Shown piece after piece: positions 38,101 to 50,782 of a stretch of DNA of 64,000 bases. Position numbers and translations under genes: made by a program. How positions within the stretch are numbered: the first letter of the stretch is position 1; each line of letters opens with the position of its first letter. The notes under the pieces were generated by a model, which saw nothing but the letters and a program-made list of their open reading frames with translations, searched no databases and was not told where the DNA came from. The stretch is from Albugo candida (taxonomy: Eukaryota): contig JBDOQK010000051.1 of assembly GCA_040437565.1 (NCBI GenBank), positions 1 to 64,000 on the forward strand. Direction: 5' to 3'.

Positions 38101-39068
38101 TTGTGGCATCAAGTGTCGCCAATCCTGCTTAATCTCCTCTTCTTTCCTTGCTTGATTGGATGTTCTTCTTGCTTGCCAAGGCAGATGTCCCTTTCAGCCG
38201 CGTCGATGGTGGTGATAGCACGTCCTGCGTTTGTCTCCATCTATTTCGGCGATTTAACGCAATCTCCTGCCTTCGAAACGACTGCTGGAGCTGGTGCTTT
38301 TATTGCGTCCAGACGTGTGTGAAAGTCGAGCTTGACGTGTTAAACGAATTATCTCCTCAGACGTTAGATTATCCTTAAAACAATCTTGATCTGGATATTG
38401 CACTACAAGGAGTAGAGCCGGGTACAAAATTGCTAGTAGCGTATCGTTCGTCATTCAGAGGGATAAATGACTGATTCTGCAGCAACTCACCGTAATTGTA
38501 CTCCTTCTAGGTAACGCATAGAGATGAAGGGCTCGGATTCGATAAGTCGAGTATTTTTCGTACATGTTCGAGATAAGAGCTGCGTTCTTTGTTGGGGGTT
38601 CGTGTGGACGCACCACGCGAAAACAAGGTAAATATTTAGACTAGAGTTGGAAGTGTTGCTCTTTGTGCATTGCACAGCTTTCTCGTACTGGATTATACGC
38701 CACAACCCTACCACTAGCTCTATAACGTGGAGTTGTCGTTTTCCTATATCCGACGGATGAAAGAAAACAGTGGCAATCAGATAAAAATTCGTTGTTGAGG
38801 CTGCTACAACACTTTATAGTTGCCATCGGTGCGAGCTAAAAACTCGACAATAAGTCACTTAGAGTCGCCTCAACGATGTCGGTGTTTTCATCGACTCTCT
38901 TTCCGGACATTTGACCTTCCTTATCCCTCCGCTGACTCGAACTGATCATCGTGAATGCGATGACCCCATCCAAGGAACAGCAATATCTGTATTCTTCTGA
39001 CTTCGTCCAATCTGAAATGTTGAGTTGAAAGTGAATAGAAAACTGGGTTATCGAAATTCGCAAGGATC

Positions 39069-42000
39069 CAGTGCAAGACACTTATAACCAGCACGTTCAA
39101 TCGGTGGAGAAGAATTCTTTCTCTTAGATTAAGGGAACTCCTAGACTCATCTCGCTTTTTCCTAAACTCAATCCATGCATTTTTTAGCCAATCACATTTG
39201 ATTTTTTTTAATCAATCACTCTTGATCGTTTTAACCAATCACGAACAGCAACGTCGAAATCGACCGTCAATAATCTATCTTCCCGCGAAATGTCTATCAC
39301 AAGCCTCCTGGACTTGACGTGGATCTCTCGAGGACGGTGAACAAGCAATTATAATTGCGGCACTCTCTGACGGCTTTCCAGTGAAAATTGCACGATCCAG
39401 GATAGTCGAAAACCGTGCTGAGAACGAAGTGCGAGTAAACCGTTTTAATTTCAAGAATCCTGGTAGTCATCACGACCCGGATCGCTCCGAAAACGCAAGG
39501 AAACGAAGCCATAGCTGCTTTAACTGTCCTTTCCAAGTCACTTCGAAGCGCAGGGAGCCAGGGCTTGGCAGTAGAAGATAGATAATGTTACTCACAACGA
39601 TGACATTGTGAACCTTAGTGCATATTCCTCGGTGTGCAGGCTTGGAAATACTGTACGTTAGCGGATAGCTTCACTTCAAAATGCTGCTGTCTCTCCAGAA
39701 CAATCTTATCAATGCTTCAATCAAGTGTTCAATCCTTCTGCGTTACAGCAAAAGATGTGGATAACATCACGCAAGATTTACGCAGGGAGGATTTTTGCTG
39801 GGCGCACACCTTTAGAAGCTTTACTAGATAAATTCTTGCTAAGTCCCCATCCAGAGTTACATTGTGTGCGAAGAAATGAAAAAAAAACAATTGACTGCTC
39901 TTTCGGTTATCCCTAACTCCAGCAAAGAAACTAGCGAGCATATCTGTGCAAACAACATCTGTATTTAAACTGCACATACAAGATTAACCATCTTAACTTG
40001 CCCTATGTTGTATGGTGTAGGCATTGCATCAAGCAATGTTTCTTTTACCCTACTATATTGTTTCTGGACAGGAGAAAGAGAGCAGAATTACACTTGGCAT
40101 TAAATCCTTTCCAGTCAATTTTTCATGTAGCTACATTTGAAAACTTGTTGTTTGTCACGGATCGGGAAGTTGCGCTCCTGAACGCCATTGGGAATGTATT
40201 CCCTGCAAGCCAAAGTTTGATCTGCAAAAAGCACATCTGGACTAATTTGGTTACTAATTTACAAAACAATCGAAATATTACTGTGGGGGAAAGCTGGGAC
40301 ACGTTTACATCAAATTGGAGGAAGCTAAAATGGAATCACCAAACTTGGAGGATTACAAAACAATTTAGAAAAAATGCACGATCTATACTCGCCACATATC
40401 ATGCACTATCTTGAACGAGCATGGTTAGCATACAAAGAGACGGTTCGTGTTTATATCTTATTTTCATTATTATCAACCTGCTATCCTAACTGAAACTTGA
40501 TTCATCTTTTGTAGTTTGTTTGTGAATGGACCAACCATGTAAAGCACTTTGGTCAAACTTCTAGCTCACGAGCAGAAGGGATGCATGCAAATAAAAAAAT
40601 AAATCGGTAAAAATCCAGGAGATTTTCTGAATGTTTACAATAGAATCAGGCTTTCTTGTGCAAATCAATTCAAGAAAATTCAAAATGCCAATGCAATTAA
40701 ATCCAGCTGCGTGGACCCAAAAACATTTGGAAATCCAATATGGCATGGATTTCGACGAGAGATATCGAAGCATGCATTGAATATAGCCCGCAAACAGTAT
40801 CAATTAGTCTGAAACAACAATAGGGAATTATCAAAGACCACTTGCACCGGTGTACATCAACAGACCCTGGGCATACCATGAGAAAATTGATTTAATCAGC
40901 TAATTCAACACAACGCACCACTTGCAAAAGAAGATTTTGACTCAAAATGGTGGATCAAGCAGGAAATCCCCATCAACCTATCATTGCCAATCTACAACAT
41001 CAATCAAGAAAATCAGAAAAATTTTGACTTGCTAGCTTGGGAGCTACCTCATCAGCAATTTCATATTTACAATTCAATTTGTGAACAATTCAACACAAAC
41101 ACAACTATCCAAGATCCTCTAACAATCAGGGGAAGAGGCAGGAAATCATGTTCTCGGAATTATTCTTTTAAGTATGTCCAGGCAGAAAATCAAGATCGGA
41201 TTTCAGGTTGCGTCTTGCATCAAGTTCCACTTCTAATCAATCAAAAATGACAAATTAAGAATATCAAATATGATTGGATAAAAAATGCATGGGGTGAGTT
41301 TAGGAAAAAGCGAGGGTGAGCCTAGGAATTTCCAAGATTTAGATTTTCGAAATGCTTATGCAGCAAAATTAGTCGTACGTAATACTCTTTGGGTCGACCT
41401 TTCTTATTTATAATAACTGACGAGTTATTAAGTAGGAAAAAACAATCTCCGAATGTATGTGCCCGTGAGTGTAGTATTCAGCGGTGAGGCAGTTCATGTC
41501 CATCAGGATTGAATTTGGTTGGTACGCATCGGTGAGAACGATAATATTTGACGGGCATATCCCACCGATTTACCACTTAACCCTTTGCGAAAAATATCCA
41601 TATACCGCTGAGATTCTCGATACACACTGACTGAATCCAATGCTTTTGGCACCATGTCTTTCATTCCAGTCCATGACTAATTGCAGTGTTTTCGTGCGTA
41701 CCGCTCGGCAGAGATATAAATGTTCTCAATGTAGTTGAGTTTACAATAAAAGTTTGGATAAAATATTATTATGTGGCCGGAACCAACACTAAGCTCTTCT
41801 AACATGCATTTCTGGTGGATAAAGTCCGGTTGATTTCCATGATTTTTCTGGCACAGCAGTCTAGTTCGGTTGGAGAACATTTCATGTGACAGTCAAGTGT
41901 AAGGCCTGCGCGCCAAAGTCCTTGTTCTTCAAGGAAAAAAATTGATACCCTTTTCTTTGCGACGAAGTTTTCAATTGCAAGATTTCTGGACACACCAATT

Positions 42001-43822
42001 CCTGGTAATTTCCATTTCCCCGAGTCGTTAATCGCATCAGATGTTGTTTGGTAAAGGGCCCAGGTTCATGCGGTTTGCACAGAGCGCATCATCAGCAAAG
42101 GCAGCATGATTGTTGGACTTGTCAAAGGCAAAGAGAGCCTGCATGCCTGATAATTGTGCCTCAAGATGGGGATTGCTCGATCCAACACCTGGCTGTAGAG
42201 ATCCATTTCCTGCACCATCCGTCGTGCTCAATTCTAGGGTGCGTGATCACACATGCTTGTTCTGGAAGCGTCGGAAATTAATCTTTTTTATCTTGGTCCT
42301 GGGCGAGGCACCCCGAAATTGGACAAAGGAAGTTACTGCCATGAATGTATCTCCATTGGCTTTTTTTGCGCAACGGTTGTTCTCTACCCAGCATTCAAAG
42401 GCGCTACAACCCATCATTGGAAGCAAACGTACTTTCATCATGGGTCACCAGAAGAAGAGGCTGGATATTCGCTGCTAGCCATATTACATCATCTTGGTTA
42501 TTCTCCAAATTCTCATTTTTTGCAGGAAAAACAGACATGCGAGCATCAAGTTTATCAAATCTGAACAGAAACTTTAGGCGATACTCAATAACATCTTCTC
42601 CTTCAGATCAATCTATATAAATCCCCTTCGCAACTTCGTGGTAGGTTGTGTCCAAGGACTTTAGCCAGCGCGTCATCGTTCGTTCCGATATTTTTGGGCA
42701 AGGAGCGTAGCCTAACTCGGGGAGGGTTTCTCCATTCGTGTGTTTTGTCAAGTTTTCAATTTCGACATTGAACTTATTTGCACGGGGGTATTATTGCAGG
42801 GTAATGGTACAGTCAGTCCTCGTCTTGAAGAAAATTTGATCGCTTGGCGCGTTTCCCTTCCTTCGACCGGGGCAGAGAATCGTGTTTCAAAACATTCTAG
42901 CTCATGCCCGCATTGATCGAGAAAAGTAAACCCCTCTTCCTGCTACATATTAGATAAAGGAACTTGCCGCTTTCTCGTTTCTTTCTATTTGGAGTAGTCG
43001 AAAGTACCCGAGAAGCACTGCTTCACACGCATGTGCTGCATTTTTCTTCCCGTTTGGCTTCCCATTAGGTTTTTGCGATTTTCAAATGGTTTTGTCCACT
43101 CAGTAAACTCGTATTTACCGCTTTCATCATCCAAGTCTGCATCATTTGCGTTATCCACATCTTCTTCAGCACCAACTTCTGTAAACATTGGTTTCAGCGT
43201 TCAGTATTCAGTCAACGGTTTGTTGCCTCTCGCAGCATCGTTCACCATTGCTTTCTTTCGACTTTGTGTGCGTGACCAATTTCCCAGATACCGCACTGGT
43301 CGGTTGCTCTCGTTGGTCAGCATTGGAGGTAAAGCTCTCTCAACATTCTCAAAAATCATGTCATCATCTTCCGATTCATTTTCGTTCTCCATCTGGAATT
43401 CATTTTCACTGCAGGCGATGCTACTTTCAAATTCATGCACATCCCCATGTACTTCAATTTTTTGCTTCTTGCTCTCTGCAGCATGTATTGATGCCATGTA
43501 CAAGTGTCTCTTTTGTTTTTTTAGACGTGGCATGGTTACTTTGGGGATCTATAATTGCAAAAATTATACGGAGGGCGGCATGAACTCCTGATGTAATATC
43601 CACAAATCTTGTCCATAAAGCACATCCTACTTTATGGATCCTCTAATTGTGCCTTACGGAACCCCTAAAGATCCTGGCGATCAAATAACCAACCTACATA
43701 CACTACTCCTAATCGGCTAACAAAACCGGTTATTGGCCCTTTAGAAGTATAGAATGCATAAAATTGAAATTTTGAAATTTGGCCGCAGAGGGGGAGGTGT
43801 CGTTTATAAGTGTCTTGTACTA
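39069..43822 (-). mobile_element. Decayed IS630/Tc1-mariner-like DDE transposon, interrupted by a MULE
   Basis: Left TIR cagtgcaagacacttataa at 39069; right TIR ttataagtgtcttgtacta ending 43822, followed by TA. Transposase pieces at ~41500-43533: FAFDKSNNHAAFADDALCANRMNLGP, CCARKIM, QPDF, FYPNFYCKLNYIE. Confidence 0.75.
39133..41333 (+). mobile_element. Decayed MULE nested near the end of the Tc1-like element
   Basis: TIRs of at least 60 bp (gggaactcctagactcatctcgctttttcctaaactca / tgagtttaggaaaaagcgagggtgagcctaggaatttcc). Flanks tagattaa and aagattta. MULE-domain fragment FVTDREVALLNAIGNVFPASQSLICKKHIWTN. Confidence 0.88.
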
Positions 43823-43829
43823 TAGCTTA

Positions 43830-46800
43830 GTTGAAGGTGTCTATATTACTAGAATTAGACTAATTGACTTCTCTAGTTGCCTAGCCTGTCTCAAATAACA
43901 TATATACATATAGAAAACCTTTCGTGAAATACCTCTGAGAGATGATAATATGTCTTTTCGTTGATAATCTCGTATCGTAGTAGCCTTAGCACCCTTAATA
44001 CGAGACTGTGTCCAGCTTGTAAATGTTGTAAAGTTGGCAAAGATGTAAAGTTGTAAAAATGTTTCAAAAGTACCGTGGTATGCGAATTCGTGTGCTCCAC
44101 ACTACGGTGAGCATAACCAGCCAACTAGGACTAAGATCCGAGTTGCACTTGCCTTCACTCTCGCCTGTGCTGGACCCGTGGCAATGATCTTCGACTTCTG
44201 AAAAATCCACCAAATGATCCTTGCGTTGCGAGTTGATCCAGCACCTTTGCAAGCCGAATGCGTTCCTCTTGGTCGTAACAATGTCTTCGAAAGTACCGAA
44301 CGTGCGCACTAAACGTGGTGTAGATCACGATAATTGCTGGAACTGTCGGAGTTGATGATTGTGATCGAACAAACGACGATTCCGATCTATCCAGACGAAG
44401 TGCAGTGTCACCGCCTGCAATGCAAGCCATAATCTGATATAATTTCTAAATATTCTTTCCAATCCGACCGTAGTGTTGGTACGATTGCACATGCAATATG
44501 CGTCCAACGTGGTCGTGATGAGATGAGTTGATCCCAACTAGGTAGTAGCTCCGTCCACAATTGTGCCGTTACTTCGCTCTTTAGAAAGAGATGTTGATCG
44601 GATTCCGCTGCTCCACACGAAGGCTGCGTGCACAATATAATGTCGGGCTGCATATCCTTTAAAAACCAGAAACAAGATCGAAATGGCAACATTCGAAAGG
44701 CTAGACGAAGCTGTAAATCTTCGTAAATTGGTAATACACGTTTCCGGAGATGCCGTGATGTAGCCATAAATGTTCCGACTCGTTTGGTATCCAGTGCGTC
44801 CGATCTCTCCCGTGATGACCAATGTGTCGACATCGGATGACTCTTGATTGGTTCGGGAGGTTTTCAGACGATTCGTGAGAGTTGGGAGCGTGCACTAGAA
44901 GAAAAATAATGTTTCCTTTCCTTGCTTTTTACTCCCACATAAAATACTCTGCCACTTGAGGTTGGTGTAATCTAAGTGATGAGACCAGTCGTCGAGTGGA
45001 TACGCTGGAGAATTTGAGTGGTTTCAATGTAAAGTAGACTCAGCAACTTTTCTTCAGCCATATCTGATGTATTTAGCTCTTCGTCGTTGTAATAGTTGGC
45101 GACAAAATCTTCCTTCGTTGGCGATGTGTCGCTTTCCCGAAAAAAGTCTTGCAGACTTCGAAAGTCGAAAAGTGTAGCAAACGTTTTTCGAAATGTTCGA
45201 TATGGTTCGTCCACCATGCCAAGATTGTACCAAACGTTCTGTGTACTCGGATTACGAGTAGCAGCTTCGTAATGTAACTTTTGGTCGCAGTGAAACCACA
45301 TCGGTTGTTCCATGTAGTAATGAAGGCGTTGTGAAACATTCAAATCGGATATTGTAATGCTCCAATCCATCTCATACCACATTTAAATGCGTGTTTCCAC
45401 TATGACGATATGCTCCCCCATTTTGAACAATTTTCCCATGTCAATTTGGTGCGATGGGGAATATATCCATCGGCTTGCGGGGTCCAAAGGAAGGTTGGAT
45501 AAGTTGTAATAATTCCGTCGAAGCAGTTGTCCAATTCGCAGATATAATTGTTGACGCATCGGATGCGAACTGATGAAGGAATTAAATACGTTGTAGCTTT
45601 AGTCGTCCCACCAAAAAAGGAACCTGTAGTCCACCATCTTGTAGGTGAAGATATAAAAAAATTTAGCTGAGTAGGTGAACATGTTTTGAATCTTTTTTGT
45701 GTTGCCGACCAAGCACAAAAAAGATTTAACATCGATTGCCACTGTGAGATAGTCACTCCTGGTATGTCGACGTGAATTGTATAATTCCACAGACGTGACA
45801 AAATCGTCGTCTGCGCAACCAGTAGTCGACCACGAACAGTTCTTGCTCGTCGAAACCATACGCCAAACCCATTGTAAAAACGCTTGTCGAGAGTTGAATG
45901 AATCATCGAATGAGTTGGTTTCTGGCCGAACGGAATACCCAAATACTTGACCGAATCCTCCGGACCCATTATGGTCAAATTGGGAATACGTGGGCACGGC
46001 TTGGTCCGATTCAGCGAGAACAAAGATGATTTACTCAAGTTGATTTTCGCACCCGATCCATCGCAAATAGACTTGGACGAGTTCGAGTTGGGTCAAAACA
46101 CCATTTGATGTCTCTGAAAGCAATGTCGAATCGTCCGCAAAAAATAATCCAGTTGCGACAGTCGTGCCATTAATCCAAATTCCATGTTCTTCATGTTGAC
46201 GAAGTAAANNNNNNNNNNNNNNNNNNNNNNNNNNNNNNNNNNNNNNNNNNNNNNNNNNNNNNNNNNNNNNNNNNNNNNNNNNNNNNNNNNNNNNNNNNNN
46301 NNNNNNNNCGCCAACACTTTTGAAAGTACTTTTACATCGACACAAAGCAGTGCGATCGGTCGATAGTTGCCAGGATCACCTCGTGATCCTTTCTCGTATA
46401 AAAGTGTGATTGCTGAGTGAGGTTGTGATCGAAGAAAAATTCCTCTTTCCAGCTGATATTCGAACACGATCTTCAGACACTCGCCAAACGTTTCCGGATC
46501 AAGCTGATAAAATGCAGCTGGTGGTCCATCCATATCTGGAGAAGAACTACCCCGCATATGCTTGATCGCTTCCGCCATCGGTCGTACTTAAGGGAGTTGA
46601 GAGACGGTCTTGCTCTGCAGGCAAGGAAAACGTGAATCGAATCGAGCAACTTTTTTTGCTTTCTTTCACTTGGAACATTTGAGTCGGTATCAGAGCTATA
46701 AAAAGAGCCCATGACACCACCCCAATGATCTCTGAATTCGTCAATAATCTCCCTCGGGTTCGATGTCACGATACCACATTTTTTTGTAACATTTTCGATC

Positions 46801-47023
46801 GGCACGCGACGACAAGAACTATCCGGAGGGCGAAAAAAATGCTTGGAAGAGTTCTCCATATGCTTCACGTGATGGTCGAAGCTTTCATCTTGGTTGTATT
46901 TCTCGTTGTTTTCGATTGAAAGTCGAAATTGTTCGAGACTCGATTCGTAAAAATACCGTGACTCATTGGAGGCTTTCGGCTTTAAAAGCTCCACGCGAAA
47001 TTTCGCTCGAGCTCTAGCCTGGT
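43830..47023 (-). mobile_element. 5'-truncated, decayed non-LTR retrotransposon (L1/Tx1-like LINE ORF2)
   Basis: RT motifs SSPDMDGPPAAFY, GNYRPIALLCVDVKVLSK, FFADDSTL and VKYLGIPFG, plus zinc motif CTQPSCGAAESDQHLF. Frameshifted; contains gap 46209-46308. Ends approximate. Confidence 0.88.
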
Positions 47024-47860
47024 CCTAACGCAAGGACTTCTGTGATTTTTTAAGGTCAGCCAAAGTGGGACTTTTAGTGTCTTCCACACTTGCAGTTGCC
47101 TTTGAGTCACCTTGTGACGAGGCAACGACAGTACCGCATGTACTACTGGTACCACATCCTACACCTGTAATACCGGTATTGACATGTACCGTCACACTGG
47201 GGGTGGGGGTGCTTTCCACGTCATCACATAGGGGTGATGACTCATCAACAATCATGCAATCACCCAAAACAGGGTGACTCATGAGGGTTGCCACGTCACT
47301 ACAAGTGGACGCCAGCACCCTTGATTGTGTCGATATGTCGACTTGGACCATTGTTTTCGAGAGGAAAGAGTTGAAAAGGTAGGTTTTCGAGTTGTTTTGT
47401 TTTGAATTGGGCGGTTACGTAGTAGCCGGCTAATTGAGAGTTATAGTTAGTGGCCCAATCAACTGCCGAGGTAGAATATGTTTCGGCATGCGAAGCTTGT
47501 ATGGAAGGCCAGGGGCTCCGGAACAAGTTTTTACTGCAAGTATTCGCAAACGTCAATCCTATCTTCCGTATGGGGATTGATGGCAAAGAATCCTACATAC
47601 AGCCGTAGAGCAGACACATTGAGCTGCGCTAGCATTATTTTCGAGACCAAGTGGCAAAAATAAGTGTGAAGATATGGAAAGTCATGACTGACTTAAATCT
47701 ATCTGACATAAGGACAAAGCCTCTCACCAATGAAAGAGTGGAAAAATTGACCTCAATGATCGGTATGACCAAACTGCACCTTCCAAAAGTGATGGAATAT
47801 CTTTGGACAAGGGTGTGTTGTAAATTGCATCTACGTCCACTAACTACAGCGAAGATAAGT
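47024..47860 (+). mobile_element. Copia remnant (RNase H end, PPT and start of 3' LTR)
   Basis: STAEVEYVSACEAC, AKNPTYSRR and NLSDIRTKPL, followed by purine-rich ggacaaggg and TGTTG at ~47816. Confidence 0.65.
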
Positions 47861-50216
47861 TGAAGTTCTTCACCGATGGAAGATCACAACCTCGTGAATA
47901 TTCGTAGAAATTGTAAGGTCGAGAGAAAACATAAGATAGGCTAATGGGGATTTCCCAATATACCTTTAAAACGACAAGTCTTCGCGCTCGGTTTTTGTGT
48001 GTGTAATTTTTAAGAATCTTCGTTCTCTCCTTCAAATTCGGCATATTCTGCTCAACTGTTATGCTCTGCTATTTAAGTCTTCATCCGCCTCATATTTGTA
48101 TGTGAATGCTAGCCACTCGCTGTAACAATTGAGACGTTTTCCTTCGTAAATACTATCAAATTCACGCTCGTCTGTGCAACCGTTTTGTCGGTTCTAAGTG
48201 CGTCTATCTCCAAATCAAAATTCATAGCCTTTTTTATGCTGGCATATCCCAGCAACATGCAACGAATCTCTTTACGTCAGAAATGGTGCGCTTAGTTTCG
48301 TTAAACTTATATATTGTAGCGATCTAAACACACGCACGTTGTTGTAAGTGAGGCTTTTCTTAAAACACGTTTAGAGTGGAGTTTTATATGTGTGCTTCTT
48401 TCTTGTCGTTTTATCGATCACGTGAGCTGCAGTAATTGTGCCCCATCCCGACAAGTTCTTGCAACAAGCGTGTAGTTCATCATGCTTCTCGCCTTTCCCG
48501 TGATCGTCCAGTTCATTGGCTAACCATCTCCGTTTTCCTGCCGGCTGTACTGCACTGTTCTCTGATGGATGGTACCTTTCATCAGGTTGAATCCGCCTAC
48601 TCTCTTGTCCTGGAATTCTCCTCCAATGTCCGTGCGTATAGCTTTAAATTTTGTATAAAAATGAAGTCCCATTTTCTGTTTTGTACTCGATGAACTTGTT
48701 ACTCACCTGATTTGGGTCTATAAGAAGTATACGTTCAGAAGTTCGGTGAAGTCGCAATAAATGACAGCATAAAACGAGACCCACCAAGACTTTCAATATA
48801 ATGGCTGCATGATCTTCGATTAGATTCCTTGGGGAATCTAGACACTGTTTTTTTTCCTTGGACAAAGTCACTAAAGCATCGCCATCTTTCTTCAAAATTT
48901 CTGGCAAACCTTCAGTCGACTACTGTTTTTTATCCTAAATTGTATAGTTTGGATGGCCCGTTCTCGTATGCCACATATCCCACTTGTTTCCAGACATCGC
49001 GTTTTCAACCACCATAGTAAGGTCTTTCTCTACGTTGAGTGTGTACACGTCACCGTCACGCTTCGCTGAGAACATTGCTTCTCTAATTTTTGCATTAATT
49101 TGAAAAAAAGTGCAGGTCAAGTCCATGCTGGGTTATCTTTAAAATACAAAGTAGCCTTATATCCAGATTTAGTATATGTAACACTACCTGCACATTCACC
49201 ATTGTACCACTCGTGCAGCGAAGTACAGCTTCTATCTTGCCAATTGCTTCCATCTTGGCTCTGTAACCTGTATTATCCGGAGTCGTACATCACGAGGTTC
49301 TACCGAACAGCACCTAGTTTGTTGAATACCATAAAAAACCATGAATGCAATTTCCTTCGCGTCCGTCGAAGGCTTTTCTTTGCACTCATGTTATTTGATG
49401 CCCAGTTTGTTGCATCTCTGGCACCTTCCACAAAATATATCCTTCATATATTCTTCATATGTCGTTCGTTGTTGATGCATCATGTGTCCTCTTTTATGGC
49501 CAGGGAGTGCGCTAAATGTACTCTTTGAAGTCTCTTGTTGCTGTATCTAATCGTGTTCCTCCAACAACTTTTCCTTCATGTCCATAAGTATTAATCCAAT
49601 TTAATTTGTCGGGTATTGTAAACGGTAGCTGGGTATACAACATTCAATCTTACATCCATCATATCTCCGACTCCTTCTATACGTGTCTTGTGCTCGTCGA
49701 AGCGATCTATGTAGCTGGCCATAGCGCTCAATTCTTCCATGCTAGACTCATGTATCCTTCAAGTCAGAGCTAATCTTTCTTGGAGGTTGCGTTTCTTGTG
49801 GTATTTCCTAAGAGTGTCCCACACCTCCTTGGTTGATATCGCACGAAGAATCTTTAACTGATACACCGCTTCGACTACTCGAGCGGTAATCGCAAAGGCC
49901 CTATGTCCTTCACTTCCTCATCAGCGTCCGAATCGTCCTCGGACTTCATTTCCAAGATATGGCTCAACAGCCCCTTGCGCGCGAGGATCCTTTTCATGTT
50001 GAACTCCCGATGTAAGTATTTGGCGATCCCGAGGAAGTCGTTAGACTTCTTCATCTTCTCTGGTACCACATTAGCTCATAACCTGTTATTGTGATCAAGA
50101 AAGAAAGTCAATATTTTCCAGATTATAGTCGCAAAAAGAACACTAGTCAGAGCACCAAGACTTAAGTACCATTATCCACAGTCATCGCTTTGCATATCTT
50201 GAAGTCTTCTTATACA
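47861..50216 (-). mobile_element. Copia remnant (5' LTR, PBS, gag, pre-integrase/integrase)
   Basis: Minus strand reads ...taaca|ggttatgagc (LTR end at 50084, PBS 50074-50083). gag-like EFNMKRILARKGLL and KEVWDTL; GAG-pre-integrase WHTRTGHPNY. The LTR 5' end is uncertain. Confidence 0.75.
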
Positions 50217-50725
50217 GTAATGCGCCTATATCTACCACGTGGAGCAGTCCACATATGATGCATCCATCAATATGATTGTAGAAGACGGCAATAGCGTCTA
50301 TGAAAAAAGAAGAAACGAGGTAGCGCTATCAATCCAAGAAACCCAAGGGATTGGAATACGAAACTGATGAAACTAAAAGAATACAGAAATAGATGTTGGC
50401 AAAGCGTGAGGATCAAAATCATAGAAAACAGTCACAAAGAAATAGACAGAAGTATTCTTTGTCTAGACGTAGTTCAGCTAAATCTCTATCACGAGACGAA
50501 CGGAAGGGACGGCTTATTGCTGATTCAATTTACTTATGGAGGTACATCATAAAAGCAGTTAATTACATAGCTCTTGATCAGACACCATGCAACTACCAGA
50601 TAAGTGCGGCGACAGATTGCCGATGTCACCCAATTGTTGAGATCAAAACAAGGTCAAAGTATTAGGTCTTTGGACAATGCGCACTTTCGAAGCTTCATGT
50701 TAAGTTCACTTTTATACTCTTTTAA

Positions 50726-50740
50726 TTAGCCAATCATATC
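50726..50740 (+). promoter_or_regulatory. CCAAT-box element TTAGCCAATCATATC upstream of CCG paralog 3
   Basis: Identical to 24888-24902 and at an equivalent distance from the ATG. Confidence 0.6.
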
Positions 50741-50782
50741 TCCTGTTGATATCCTCCACAGAAGAAAACAAAAAAACGTAAC

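Noticed and set aside
35530-39060. Short ORFs, including a coiled-coil-like 79-aa ORF at 37039-37278
   Set aside because: No recognisable family, repeats or termini.
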